A stretch of DNA of 64,000 nucleotides from Narcine bancroftii. Lineage: Eukaryota. The position numbers and the translations under genes were made by a program. The notes under the pieces are model-generated. The model was given only the letters and a program-made list of their open reading frames with translations. It made no database searches and had not been told where the DNA came from. Where the stretch lies: contig NC_091482.1 of assembly GCF_036971445.1 (NCBI RefSeq), positions 68,758,001-68,822,000 on the forward strand. The letters are read 5' to 3'. The first letter of the stretch is position 1; each line of letters opens with the position of its first letter. This document shows positions 12,001 to 27,000 of this stretch, piece after piece.

Positions 12001-15000
12001 CAAGCAACAAGTAGCCTCAAACAACTGACCAAAAAACTGGAAAATGTAAGTTAAAAAATACAAAAATTGAACATTGGAGCCCCTAGCGGTTAGTTCGTCA
12101 ATCCACGCAACACGCAATCTCAAGCAACTGGCAAATTCACTTATCTGGCATCTACCAATCCACACAGGTGCTGGATGCCAGGGGTTTTACTGTATTTGCA
12201 AATACATCATTAAGAATATCTGATTCCGTGCATACAAAAGGAACCCATCTTACCGAGTAATATCACATAGATATTTGAATGTTTTCTCAGTGTTTTGCCC
12301 ATCTGGTCCATCTGTCTGACCCGTCTCCTCAAGTTGCTGTATTTTCTGAAGTGCCATGCTTACAGCATAACGCACAAACTCGTTATTAGAACGCAGAATA
12401 GACAAACTCTCCTCGTGGCTCAGTGTACTATCTCTAAAAATAAAAGAAAAATACTTTTAAATCAAGCAGCTAACTCTTTTTTAAAATGACAAAAAAATCT
12501 GTAGACATTGGAATAAATAAAATTAAAATACACAAATGCTTGAAGAACACAGGAGGCCAGACAGTATCTAGTAGGAGCAGGAAGCCCCCTTCCCTTTCTC
12601 CACCATTAACTCTGCCCTCACACGCATCTCCCATATTTCACACCCATCTGCTCTCACCCCATTCTCCCGCCACCCCACTAATGATAGAGTTCCCCATGTC
12701 CTCACCTACTACCCCACCAGCCTCCACGTCCAACATATAATTATCTGCAACTTCCGCCATCTTCGGCGAGATCCCACCACCAAGCACATCTTTCCCTCCC
12801 CATCACTTTCTGCTTTCCGCAGAGACCGCTCCCTAGGCGTCCCTTAATCCCTTCCATTGCTTCTCCTGGCATTTATCCTTGTAAGCGCAGCGAGTGCTAC
12901 ACCTGCCCTTACACTTCCTCATCACCACTTGGAGCCCTAAACAGTCCTTCCAGGTGAGGTGACACTTTACCTGTGAGTCTGCTGGATTGGTATACTGCAT
13001 CCTAATTTTTATATACAGGTTAACAGTTTCAAGGAATACATCATGAAGGAAGATAAATGAAGATGATGTTCATATCACCCCTAATCTAAGCATATGATGA
13101 AACCCACATGGGGCTAAAAAGCTAACTCCTGTCCCAACATTCCTGATTCTGAACAAAGATTAGCAAATCTGGAACATAAAATGAGCTCTCATGGAAATAA
13201 GGAGCACCTAATGTCTGATGGAGTTGCAAGTAACAGCATCACCCTTTAACATTCTGCTTGCAGATATAAAAGTTTGATGTCAAATTCCTCATTTTGTGAA
13301 ATTAGGTGGTCTCAATATTGGAATCCTAGAATTTATTTCAGTATATTTGGGTTGGTAGAGAGAGGGAAAAAAAATGAGCAGGATCTCTGTTCCTCTATCA
13401 CTAACTGAACACCAAAAGGAGAACTTTGAGCCATTTAGAAAGACCCAAATAAATAAGCATGGATTTATGAAGTTGAATCTGACTAACTCAATTGAATGCT
13501 TTGGAGGTAATAGATGGTCAAAGAGAACTATACGTTTATGTCCTCAACATGGTTTTTAAATCGCAAAGTTTTTGACAATGTCCCACTTGGTCAAAAAAAG
13601 TAAAAGTTCATGGGATCCTCGTGAGAGAAGCAAACGGAACCCAAAAATGGCTCAGGTGTCAAGGCGCAAGGCTAATAATTCATGAGTATCTTGTTTTTGT
13701 GAATGGATGGCTGATACCACTGGAGATACATTCTTTACTTTTTGCTCTATTTGTTAATGTTTTGGACTTTAAAAGCTCAGAAAGAGAAGTTTGCAGTTGT
13801 GGTTGAGATGAAGGCAGAAAGCTTTTGACTTCAAGAGAATGAAATTGCTTTGTAATTTAGGTAGAAATGTCGCAAATTAAATTTTACCCAATTAATTGCA
13901 ACAAAAACCAGGGAAGATATCAAGAAATTAGAGGGGGGGGGGGGGGAGAGAAATCAAAGAGCCTAAACATTAAAGGATAAATTAATATTTCTTTTACACA
14001 AGAACATAAGAAATAAGCAAGATTAGGTCATCCGGCCCATGAAGCCTGCTCCACTGTTCAATGACTAATCTGATGTTAGGTTCACTTCTACCTGCCTTTT
14101 CCCCAACTTGTTAAAAACGTGTCCAACCTTGTCTTAAGTATATTTACCGAGGTCACCTCCACTACTTCAATGGGCAGTGAATTTCAGATTCATCACCCTC
14201 TGAGAACAATAGTTCCTCTTCATCTCCATCCTAAATCTACTATCCTGGATATTGAAGCTATGTCGTCTAGTTTTGGTCTCCCCACCAATGGGAACAACTT
14301 ACTTACCTCTATCTTAACTAAGAAATTTTCTTCCCATTGCTAACCTACTATACCTTTCCAATTTCATTAACATTTGGATTATATACACTATATACTAATA
14401 TATTAGTCATAAGAATGTCCCAGAAGGAAATCTTTAATGGATGCAATTCAGTAAAGCACACCAGTGTATGTTTGCTAAATTTAGTGCCATTACCTGCAAA
14501 TATTGGGCTTTTCATACAGTTAGTGGCAGCTCTAAAGCAAATTTGCTGAAATCACCAAAACAGCACAGTTACTTTGGTGAAACAGCATTTAATCCACAAG
14601 TGTGATACAAAATTTGCAAAAGAAATGGGCCATCATATGCTTTTATTCATGGAGCCAGGAAATCCCAACAAAGCTCTCCATGTTTATAAATTATAAACAA
14701 CATGCAATTTGTTTTGCAGACATTGACTGCATGACCCTCATCCGCCGTTGATCAGTTTCAGAACAATTATTATTACAACACAACATAAAATGCGCTTCAA
14801 TAAAATAGAAACTTCTCATTTATGTACAAATATGCTGGAAAATGAAGGACCTCCACTCTGCAGAGGCACTGAGGATTTATATTACCTGAAAAGTGCAGTC
14901 AGCAAGCTGGAGACAAAATTGAAGGAGAGAAGACTCCTGATTGTTTTATTGGATGAAAGGGATTTGCCTTTTCCAGATTTCTCTTTCAAAAGTTCTGAAA

Positions 15001-18000
15001 GTTTGTGGTAACCGCTGAAGAGGCTTATAACATCTTCAAACCGGCTTGTACTACAAGAAGATAAACAATCTTAGGTTCCTACTCTTAAAATAATCTTAAC
15101 AGAACAACTTAAAAAATGGATTATTCATTAGATACACAAAGCCAAAAAAAGACACTGTGAAGAAAATTTGATGACACAGTAATCTGACATGGATCAGTGT
15201 ACCATAAGTATTATTGTTAGTGCCATGTCTATTAAGACAATATTTCTTGCATTCGAAGGCTTCAGGCACGACTGATGTTGTTGACTTTTTTTTTACAGCA
15301 TATTTATTGCTCCATTGCAGGGCACACAAAGGTAAGTAGTCAGAAAATCCAGGTGCAGGGTTGAGATGGTTCAGGAGTGTGGAAGGGAACAGGGAAGGAA
15401 ATGAGAGATAAGAGCCTGGTAGTTGGAAGTCAGGTCATTGGGCTAGAGTTTGGAGCCCTAAGATCAGAATTGGAGGTAAGGTGGGGATCGAAGAATGGTC
15501 GTGACCCCTATGTTTGCACCCAAATTAGTGCATGATAATGGATCTCATCAGAATACTAGTGACCAAAAGATTAGGAAGGGTACAGTGTGTGGGGTGGGGG
15601 GGGGGGGGGGGGGGGGAAAGGAAAGAGTTATGTTTACGCATGGAAGTATTAAATGAGAGGACACCTGCCATTGTCAGGTTCAAAGCACTCATTAAAACAC
15701 ACACACACACATTGCTGCAGACACTGTAATGTTACCAAAAGCCTCTGAGAATGCAACACCATAGATTTACTCAGTACCACATGGGTCAAATTATGATTCA
15801 GTGCTCCAAGTAGGATGGGCTTTATGTACGCTTCTGTCATGGAAGACTCATTATCAGTACAGGCACAGTTCACACCAGAAGTGCCTTGCCTGATTTTGAG
15901 TGCCATGGTTTGGTCCAGAAATGATCATAATTACTGAAAAAAAAAATTCAACAGAATTTTTATACCACACCTTCATGCAACTGTAATCTTGCATTTAAAT
16001 TTTACTTGAAATGCTACATGATGTGAATAGATTTTAAGTAATTGCTTAGGAGTACAGATAAAAGGATACTCCAAACTGAGGTAAATATATTTGCCTCCTT
16101 TAGTTTTTCTTCACATCATTTCTCCAAGTTCCTGCAAGTCAAGGTAAATTAATTCCAACAACTCCATGTGCTTGCATGGATACTCTAGTGGGAAGAGCAA
16201 GCAGGCAGTTACCAAGTCTGATTATACTCTTACCCACAGTGGGGTCAGAAAGGTCGCTGTCAAAAATCCAAGATAAGGCTAATAGTCAGTGTCTTCAAAT
16301 TGAAGATGCGTTTATCCAGTGCCATGCTTATGCCATAATGTTACCTGAGGTACACTGTGGTACAATACTGCCATAATTGAACATTGTCACAACGCAGAGG
16401 GCAAATGCACTGAGCTTACAAGTAAAACTCAAAACAAATACCAATCAAGGCATATTTAAAATAATAAATGACTGAAAAACCACACAAAACAGCACATGTT
16501 GATGTATTGTATTCTTGTGAATGGTGATCTTAAAGTAAGCTGTCTTTCTGCTACTGGCTTAGGTGGATTTAAAAGATTCACATGCAAATATATGAAGCAA
16601 GCAAATTAATTATTTATCACCATTACAACTTCAATGGCGTACCTGTAATTGCTGGTCAGAAAGTTGTGCTCTATTAGAACTTCAAAGATTCCCATTACCA
16701 GGACAGCATAGATATTATTTTTAATACCAACATTGGATGTTAATGAAAAATCTGCTGATTTGTCCTACAAAAAAAAAGCATGAAAAGATTTTGCAAAAAA
16801 ATCTTCAGGTATGGAATTGAAAGTTGTCAAGTGGTATGAACAGGAAATTGATTGGTAAAATGCAAAAGCTCCACTGACTTCCAAATTCTCTGATTAGATA
16901 CAGTGCAAGCATGATCCCCCAAAGATATATAGATGTACCAGATTTTGTGCCGGGATGGGGTGGAGAGGATATATTTAAACCTTGATGATGATAATTAATT
17001 AGGGGGCAGAAACTATAACCAGAGAAATTAAATAAATAATTAGACAGATAATGGCTGCTGGAGTTAAAAAATATTAATGCACGAGGCCGTACAGGTGGGT
17101 TGAAAGAATGGTAGTGAAACCCATGCATATTTACTCTACAAAAGCAAGCTTGAAAGAGGTAATACTTCGAAAATAATTAATGGATGAGGTTCATTGCAAT
17201 AGGCATTACATAGTCCAGGCACAAATGGGAAAAAAAATCTTGGATAGAGCAGTTATTTTGACATTCATTCCTATACATAGCAAGAAATAGCCTTCCCCAA
17301 AAATGTTTAAAAACAAATATTGTTCAAAGTAATACAAAAAACTTAATAGAATATACTGGCAAGCAAAATTAAAATACTTACCAGTTCAAAGTCTTCCAGT
17401 TCACTCTTAATCATTCTTCGAGTGATTGAGTCCAATTGCACCCCCAAGTCATGATGAAAACCATCTTCATTGTCTTCCTCCTCCTCCTCCTCCTCCTCCT
17501 CCTCTTCATTACTCTTTGGACAATGTAATAAGGATTGTTGAAACCAAGCCAAGCAGTTCTGAATACAACTCAGAAGGTGTGCCTGAGACAAAAAGAATGT
17601 GGGTAACTACTACTGAAATGAAATCACTTAAAGAGCCACAAAAGAGGAAATGGAATGAATATAGCTCCACTGTCACAATTTGCAGAAAATCCCAAATAAT
17701 GTTAAATTATGAAGACCTGCATTAAATATGAAAGCCATTTTGAAAACTTCAATGTGGGTGTGATAGTACAGATTCTATCACCAATGTGTCTATGGACAGA
17801 TGGTCGTGTAGGATGACTGTGATTGGCTGAGAGTGTAGCCACACCTACTGGCAGGTCCTAGCCAGACCAGATCATTCTGGACTGGTCGACCTACTTGTGA
17901 TAGGCTCCAGTCTTTTAGTTAATAAAAGCCTTGGTTTGGATCAACAAGTCTTTGGTTCTTTCAACGCGCATTACAACGGAGAAAAAACTATCAGGTTTTT

Positions 18001-21000
18001 TTTAATGTAACAATGAGGACAAAATAACTTGTTTCTTTTTCAGATAGTATCACAAGATTTTAATCACAGGGATGAGCAGATGAAGCCTCAATATATCACT
18101 GTGGGAAGTATCTGAACTACACAAATTACACAAACTTTTGGAATTCATACCTTTTGAATGAGTAAATTGGTCCTTGCAGGTATACCTGAACCCAAAATCA
18201 CGGACATTATGCAAGACTTTTCTTTATTGTGGTGGCACTTTTAGAAACTTATTTAAACATCCAACTCTTCTGAAGTTTTGAGATGGTCACAGACCCAAAG
18301 GTATTAGCTGTTCTCTGATACTTCACTCCCAAGCAAGCGTTAACAAGTTCTAAAGATCTCCAAATTCAGGTACAACAGAGCTAAACCCTATGACTTCCTC
18401 AACACACATCCCCATTTGGAGATGCACGAGACTGCAGATGCTGGAATCTAGAGCAGAAGATAAATTCCTTTGCCTCCACAGATTCTGCTTCATCTGCCGA
18501 GTTCTTCCAGCAACTTATTCTTTGTTCCACATATTCAGAGTCAATTTGCTTTTCCCGATCACTTACTTTTCCTACTCCAGGGAAACAGATGTCAACTGTG
18601 GGAGGCCAACCATTATTAATACGAGCAGATTCGTGGGTCAGGGTGAGAAACAGAGGTCTTTCAAGCAGGTTTGTTTTACAGCCAACTTCTCACATAAGCC
18701 ACAATATTTGTTGAAATAGATTTTGGGATTCTATGTCTCAAATGTTCTACATTCAAAAAGAATTTCCCAGTTAAATAAATTGAGAAAGTGCAAATTATTT
18801 GATTACCAATGGCTCTTGGAGGTGGATCTGACCTCCCTGGGTCGTGATGCAACTTTCTAGCTTGAGTGGAGGCAGCAGGTCCTCCTCCAGTTCATAATAT
18901 CGGTTTAGCTGAGAAAAGATCAGAGAGGAAATGTCACAGCAATAATTGTTTACTTTGAGAGTTAGAAGAGTGAATCACTTCAGGTTCTTGGGAGAAAACA
19001 TGCCTGGATGAACCATTGTATTTGAACCTGAGTTTCTGGCTCTGTAATAGTGTTGCGCTATCTGCACTCCCCTGGTATGGGAGCAATTCTGCTCAATATC
19101 CGGTGGTGAATGCAGCTCGGAACATTACCCAAACTTTGCTCCCTTCCATAAACTCCATCTACACCTTCCGCTGCCTTGGAAAGGAAGCCAACGTACGAAG
19201 GACCCATCCTCCCCCAGACACACTCTCTTCTCCCTCCTCCCATTCGGGAGAAGGCTCAAGAGTGTGAAATTACACTCCAGCAGAGTTAAAGATAGTACTT
19301 TCCCGCAGCCATCAGCCTCCTGAATGAACCCCACAATAGTGTTCTCATCCTGCTCTTGCTTTATACAAATTGATCTTTGGTTTTATAGTAATCCCATTCT
19401 CTGTAACTGTCCTCCTGTTCCTCTATTTTACACGTGTATGAATATTACTGTTGACCTGGTAGAATGCTCACAGGAGAATTCTTCACCCTGTACCTGGTGT
19501 AATGCAACAATAAACAAATCAAATCAAGTTTAAACCGAAAGCATATCTATCATCGCAAAGATAAGCCATATAAGGTAACCGACGAAACCCTCATAGGATG
19601 AATATGGAATGTTTGTGGCACAATTCACAACAAAAGGTGGCATAGATAAAGGAAAAGTCAATATTATTGGTCCAATTGTTGGTGTTCTTTTGTGAGGTTG
19701 GTAGCATCTAACTCATAACCCCTGACCTGACAAGGCTAAATCATGATGAGCCACGTTTATTGTCATATACATTGTACATCTGCACCAAAATTTTTCCTTT
19801 GCTGCAGATGAAAAGGGACTTGTAAGAATAAATTATAATAATACACTTAATTGAATTAAAAAGACAATACAGAAGATGGATAAATCATAAATATTCACAT
19901 TACAGATTTCCCCCTGCCAAAAGTAGAGTGTTCCCATGAAATATTTTGTCTGCTGAAATAGCATAAAGCAAAGAAGCAATTACCATTAATTTATATGGGA
20001 AACATCTAGTCCAGTTTGATGTTAAGCGTAACACCCTTACAAACTCTCTTTGGCTGTTCTGATACCTTAGGACATATCTTGCAAACGAATGCACAAAATA
20101 AACTGAGATAAAGCACAGATGCTCACAGACACAGTTCAAAGCTATGGCAGCTTGATGCTGAGTATAGTTCCCGGGGAAGGAGCTTGGAGGTGCCACACTT
20201 GCATTGCCTCTATAATAGCTCACTGAAAAACAAATGCTGTTTCGTAAAAGTGAAAATCCTCTTTGGATTTCTTTCAGTTTGGGAGAACAGGTACTAATGT
20301 AGGTCTTTCGTAAAAGTGAAGTGACGTAAAGCAAACTTTCAAAAAACGGGGGATATCTGTAATACTCGTGCAAAAAAAAAAGGAACTTGCAATCGTGCCA
20401 TCAGTCCTACTGAACTATCAGAGCAGCCCATGATTAGTGTAATTGAGGAAGGTTCAGGAGTTTGAAAGGAAACTGTTCTTGAACCTTGAAGTGCTGGTTT
20501 TCAGGCCTCTGTCTTCTACCCAAAGGCAGCAGTGAGCAACAGTGTGATTGAAAAGTACAAGAGTTTTGCTCCATTTAGCCTATGCCTTCTGAAAACAAGT
20601 TTATGATCTGAAAAATACATCAATTCTCAGCTCCAATATCTCTCACCGTGACCACAAGTTCAAAAATAATGGTTCTGAAACAAACATATGGTCTGACACA
20701 AGGCTGTGATAAATACAGATTTGTCTTTATTTACACATCCCCAGAATTGGCTAACCAAGGATGCCACTGACTAAATTCATACTGCAAGATTCAAAGAAGG
20801 GGAAAGCAAATGTAACTGATGGCAGGTCATTTTAAAGAGGGTGCAGAAGGCCTGAAGATCCAATTACATAAATCGTTCAAACTTGGCAACTCAAATTGAT
20901 CAGTTGATAAATCAAGCAATTATAAATAAAAGGATATAAAACTATGGAATTAGAATTTATTGTCACGAACAAGTCAAGAAATTTGGTGTTTTGCGGCCAA

Positions 21001-24000
21001 ACATTCATATTATAGCCTTCTTACAATATAACTATAAATAAATTAATAGTGCACGAAAAGTAAGGCTGTGATTTTTGTTGATTATTCAGGAATCTGATGG
21101 CAGAGGGGAAGAAGCCGTCCTTGGGCCACTGAGTGCTCATCTTTAGGCTCCTGTACCTTTTGACCAATGGTAACAGAGTGAAGAGGACATGGCATGGGTG
21201 GTGGGGTGGGGGGAACTTTGAGGATAGAGGGTGCTTTATTAAGACATTGCCTCATGTAGATGTCTTCAATGAGAAGTCTGGTGCTTGTGATGTTGCAGGC
21301 CAAGCTAACAATCCTCTGGAATTTTCTCTTGTCCTGAAAGTTGGAGCCTCTATACCAGACAGCGATGCAACCAGCCAGAACGCTCTCCACAGAACACTTG
21401 TAGAAGTTTTTGGGAGTCTTCAGTTACATACTAAATCTCCTCAAACAACTCACAAAGACAGTTGATTGCACCGATGTTATAACAAAATGACAGATTATGG
21501 CTTAATTGGATTAAACATTCTAATTTTGTACATTTATTTGGATATCAAGGCCTTAAAAAGACAATTTACCAGAATTATACCAGGGATGGGAGAAGACAAG
21601 AGCAATTGGGATTATTCTCCTTACAAGCAGAGATGATTAAAAGGGAATGTGTTAGTAGAGTTAACTGAGAAGATCAGTAGTCAAAAGATCATTGATAATT
21701 GTCAAATGAACCAGGCAAAGAAAATGCATTGTCACAGAGCAGTTCTTAAAGCAACTTTTTGATAGTAAACCGAAAAGATAGTTGAAAAAGGAAATTAAGA
21801 ATCACTTGCTGTGGGGATAGGAAATAAATGGACAATTCCCTTTTAAAAGTTGCACCAGCATATGGTCCTTTTCCAGATGATTTAATGTCTTGTCTCAAAA
21901 GCATCCCAGCATCTGGTTTAAAAGCAAAAGTGCAAGTAGGCTAGCTGTCACTGAAGTTCAGAATAATTTGTAACTGACAGGAGTACCAATGAGAGGATAT
22001 TTCATGTTGGCAAGCAGCACTGATCTTCCACCACCTTGTTCTCACCTGTGAAAGAAGGGTTTGTAAAATGGTATTTGCCAGCTGTGAATTTCGGCGTAGA
22101 ACATCAAATAAACCCTAAAAACAACAAAAAAAACCAAATCAAGATGAAAATTGAAGAAAGGGACAACAAATTACCAAAATACATCCCTTTCAAACGATAC
22201 AATGGGATGAAGGAATGGTGTAAATAGTTAAACCATGCAGCACATTGACAACTATTTAACAACCCTTGAGGTAAATCCAACATTGGTAAAGGATGCTGGG
22301 CAAACCACGCATACTATCCTGTCCCATCCCTCCTTTCTCCATCTATCATCTCCTGCCTTTGCCTCCCCCCCTCCCACCCCCCTCACTCTTTTGCTTGGAA
22401 CGCCTGCCGGCATTGCTTATACTTTGATGAAGGGGTCGAGCCCAAAACGTAAGTTATGTACTTTTGCTACATGAAGGGCTTCTACATGAGCTTCTCCAGC
22501 ATTTTGTGTTTTTACTTAAACCACGGTGTCATTGGGTGGCATGAGTTTGTAGGCCAAAAGAGCCTGCAGTTATGTCTAAAATAGAAAATCCTGGCATAGG
22601 CCACAAATGAAGGGTAATTGGATTAGTACAGATAGGTATTTGTTGGCCAGCACAGACACAGGGGTTGAAGGTTCTGTTTCCTATCCCATTTAGCACCCCT
22701 GAAGTGTCACTCAACATGAGTGGCCCAAGAGAGAGGGCAAGACATGATCTCCACAATAGTCCGATGGTCACTCCTATATTAACAGTTACATAGATAGTGG
22801 AGAACAAGGTGAAGTAGGTTTAACCCTGCTAATTGCAAAAGGAAAACATAAAGCTGATTTAAAAATTGAAGAGAAATATGTAGAATGCAAAAACATAATG
22901 AAATTGCTTCAGCATCTTTAAATAATAATAATTAAAATTAACTTGGCATTAAAAAAACTAGTTTCCAATTTTAATACCTCATAAAGCATGAGCCGAACAT
23001 CAGCTTGCTGGCTAAGGCAACGCCTCAGGCTGCCCAAGATTTCCAAACACAGGGCTTCATTGGTAGAGACGTTGTAGCACGAATGCACATCCACTTGAAC
23101 CTGGAAAGCAACAAAGAGACATTGTTCACTGCTCAAAATATTTATAAATGCAAGGCAAGTACAACTTATCACACTATTTCCAATGATCAGGTAGCAGTCA
23201 AGGTTGATTCCTAGCACGCACCTTTCAATGAAACACTTAATATTAATCTAAATGAGTGACTCAACAGGTTTCTCCCTGACAACCAATTTGTGACAAACCT
23301 GTTGAATCAGGCAGATCACAATTTGGATTTGTTCCAGTAGATGGCAGGATATTTCTCAATTTCTGCTGGTTTCTCAAGATTCAAAGGTTTTTTTTTTATT
23401 GTTAAGTAATATTACATTAAATTGCTTTTAGTCTGTCAGAAGGCAGACAAAGATTTACCATCAGCAGAAATTGCCCAGCACCCCTTTCAGTCAAAGAGAA
23501 GCAAAAGAGAGTCCCTTCAGATTCACTGCGTTTCCATGGATTCACCTCCAGCATTTCCAAGGCCTCTCAATTCTCAACTCAGAGTGAGATGTTTTTGTTC
23601 AGCAAACCCTTATCTATCTTAATTACAATTTAAATTTTCCTTGATCCGCCTTCCAGAAGCACATTAAGTATTTAAGCGAGCGCCACATTACGTATGTTCG
23701 GCTAGCAGAAATTTACCCATACAGAATTCACAACTCAGTACTCAAAAATTAGAAATAAGGAATACAGTTCACTCAAAATTTATATAGAAAAGAAAGTAAG
23801 TAATGTTTTTTCAACTCTTTTGTTTCTTGATGCTTGATCAGATTCGTGTTATGGAAGAATCACAATACGGACAGTTTTATAGGAATGCTCTCCCAACCAT
23901 AACTTAGGGGTCATGTGCATTGACAATACAGGATTTAGGAAAAAAATAAGCCGATACAAACCATCCTGAGGTGACAGGCTTGTAAATGTTGATGAAAATC

Positions 24001-27000
24001 CAGATGGTTGTTATAGTTACCTGACTGGCTGTGAGAGTCTGAGAACACTGACTGTAAGACAGACTTCCCAACAACTTGAAATTCTTCAGTAGCAGTAGAA
24101 AGCCGGCAACTGCTGACTTCCGGGCGTCCAGCTGACTGAATAAAGCAAATGAAGAGAGAGTGCAAGGGAGAAAATAATTATTAAGACTTATAAAACGTTA
24201 TAAAATTAATTCATGTCACCATATAACCATTTACGCAGCGGAAACAGGCCATGTTGGCCTTTCGAGTCCGCACCGGGTCACTGATTTTGTGCGCCCTCTT
24301 CAGGCATTGGTCCCGGTAGATCTTCATTCAATAATGATGGACGAATTCAATACAGGTGGAATCAGTCGTAGAATGGACGTTTTCATTCTAGTAGAAGGCA
24401 TTCGAAAACCGTAAAATGCCAAGCAACTATTTGGTTCTCATAGGAATCCTGTGTCCTTGATTTTTGATGCACAGAAAGTAATATGTCCAATTACAATAAG
24501 AAATTGATATGTTTATTGCAAAGGAGTTGAATTAGGAAACTAAAATTCCTGTATCAGTCCTTCAGGGCTGAGATGAGAAAAAATGGGTTTACTTGAGGGC
24601 TGAGTGTCCTTGGAAGCTTCTTCTTTCTGAGTGATGTGGACGCTCGGCCATGGAGTATATTCAAATTGATAGATTTTCAAACACTGAATCAAGTTGGATC
24701 ATGGATTTGAGCTACTATCTTTTTTATGGATTTGAGCTACTATCTTACCCGATTAATAATTCTTTTAACTTTGGCCTTATCAAACCCATATTTTATTCTG
24801 ATGAAAGAGGGTAACTTTTTTCCCTCAACAGGATAAGAAGCAAGAGAATACCAAATGAGAAATGGTAATCATTCAATATTTTCTCGCTAGTGTACAACCA
24901 ATGCATAATCACAGCATTTCAGTTAAATTTAAAAATACAGAATAATTGCAAAACTGATGATGATAAAATATCCTGAGTTTGAATAATTCAAGGAAAAATT
25001 CTTCTGGTCTATTCATCCTTATTGACTTCCAATTATCTAGAAATTTTAAAAATCTGCATGGATTATAAAAACTAGAAGCACAGTCTCTGATATATCATGA
25101 CTTCCATTTACTTGGCTTCAAAGCAAATTCCTGAATTAATTAAAGTTATACAGTACTGTTATAATTAGTTTTATACCATGTACTGTTGTCACAGCTTAAC
25201 TGAAAATAAACATATGATAATTAAATCTTACCACAGAGCTTGTCAAAGCAGTTTAATGTTTTTTTGTAAGAAAATAATTTGTTGATCCAATTAAATGTTA
25301 GAACTGGGAAATCCAAGATTTTCCATTTTAGACACCAGGGGGCAGAAATACACCTTTCTCACCAACACCAAATGCTATTAAACCATTGTGGAGCAAGCAA
25401 ATGCAAACCATTATAGTTTTGTAGAAATCAAAGGAACTGTGAATACATATGAGACGATAAAAGCTGGCGATGATATTCTCACATGCATTTAGGACTGGCA
25501 ATGAAAAACTAATAAGACTTCCATTATCAAACAAAGCAGGTTTGAAATAAAGCGAAAAGCAATGTGCTGGACAAACACATCGGTGGAGTAACATCTGTGT
25601 TGGCGGTGGGGTGGGGGGGCGGACGGGGACGGGGGAAAAGAAACTGCCAGCACTCCTCAGTTTCCCCAGCAATTTACTCCAGATTTCAGCATCTTTTGTC
25701 TCCAAATTAAAAATAATCAGCTATGTACCTCAGCCACAGAAGTCGTCTTCAGCAACAATGTTTATTTAACTGCTATCATTCAATGGCCTCCTTTTGTGAG
25801 CATTTAGTGAACTTTGTGCCTTGGCCCGAGCCAGCAAGCAACAGATACAAGATTAAATTAAATACTGGGGATCTGAGGGGTACCAAAGAGGGGTGAGTAC
25901 CTGGAATAAGTGCCTGACAGAGAGAGAGAAGCAGTCGCTGACAGAATTTCAGGGGAGTCTCCTTGGACACACCCAGGTAAAGAAAGTTATGGGCCAATTC
26001 TGAGAGATAGTAATAACACTGGACAACGAACATTTTGTTTTCTGAACACTTAAATTTTAAATTTAGACGTACAACAGGATAACAGGCCTTTTTGGCCCAT
26101 GAGCTCGTGCCATCCAATTACACTCAAATGACCTACAACCCTGTAAGTTTTGAAGGGTGGAAGGAAACCGGAGTACCCAAAGGAAACCCACAGTCAAGGG
26201 AAGAACATACAAACTCCTTACAGACAGCGTCAGATTTAAACCCGGTAGCTAGCACTGTAACAGTATTGCGCTAACCTCTACGCTAACCGTGCTCTTGGTT
26301 GTATTTTTATAGATTTTGCGTTGCTGATCACAAAAATCACCGTAAAAATTTTCCTATCACAAACCTTTTTTTAGATATAACCCATTTTTGTGATTTCCTG
26401 TCCTATTTTAAGTCTCCTTCAAGCCGGCAAAACCATGAAGTGCAACGTGTCGTTGAAAATTCATTTTCTGCACTTGCACTCGGACTCTTCCTGGCTGATC
26501 TGGGTCCAGTCAGTGACGAACATGGTGAAAGGTTTCACCTGGACATTGCGACCTTGGAAAAGCAGTATCAGGGCAAATGGAATCCCATCAATGCTGGCTG
26601 ACTGTTGTCGGACACTGACACGAGAGGCATCAGGTGCTAAGTACCAACGAAAACCAGCAGCAAAACATTTTTAGGTCAGTTGAACTAACGAAATGTCATA
26701 TGCAATTAGACACGCTAAATTCAATAAAAGTTAATGTTTCTCCAGCGTCCTAAGTGATACAGCAAATCTGAAATATTGTGTTCAGCTTGAAGTTGTCTAT
26801 CATAATGCCCAATTATCCTTCAGGAGGCAAACTTTTGAAAATAATTTCTTGGCCAGTGTAAATGAGTTCCCATTGGTCAGCGTGGACATGGTGGGCCTGT
26901 TTTCCTTGTGGTATGATTTTATTTACAGCTTCTGCTGTTTATTTCCAGGGTGTAGCGGGAGCCCCACGCAAACAACAGAATCGCGCGCAGCCTCAGCAGT

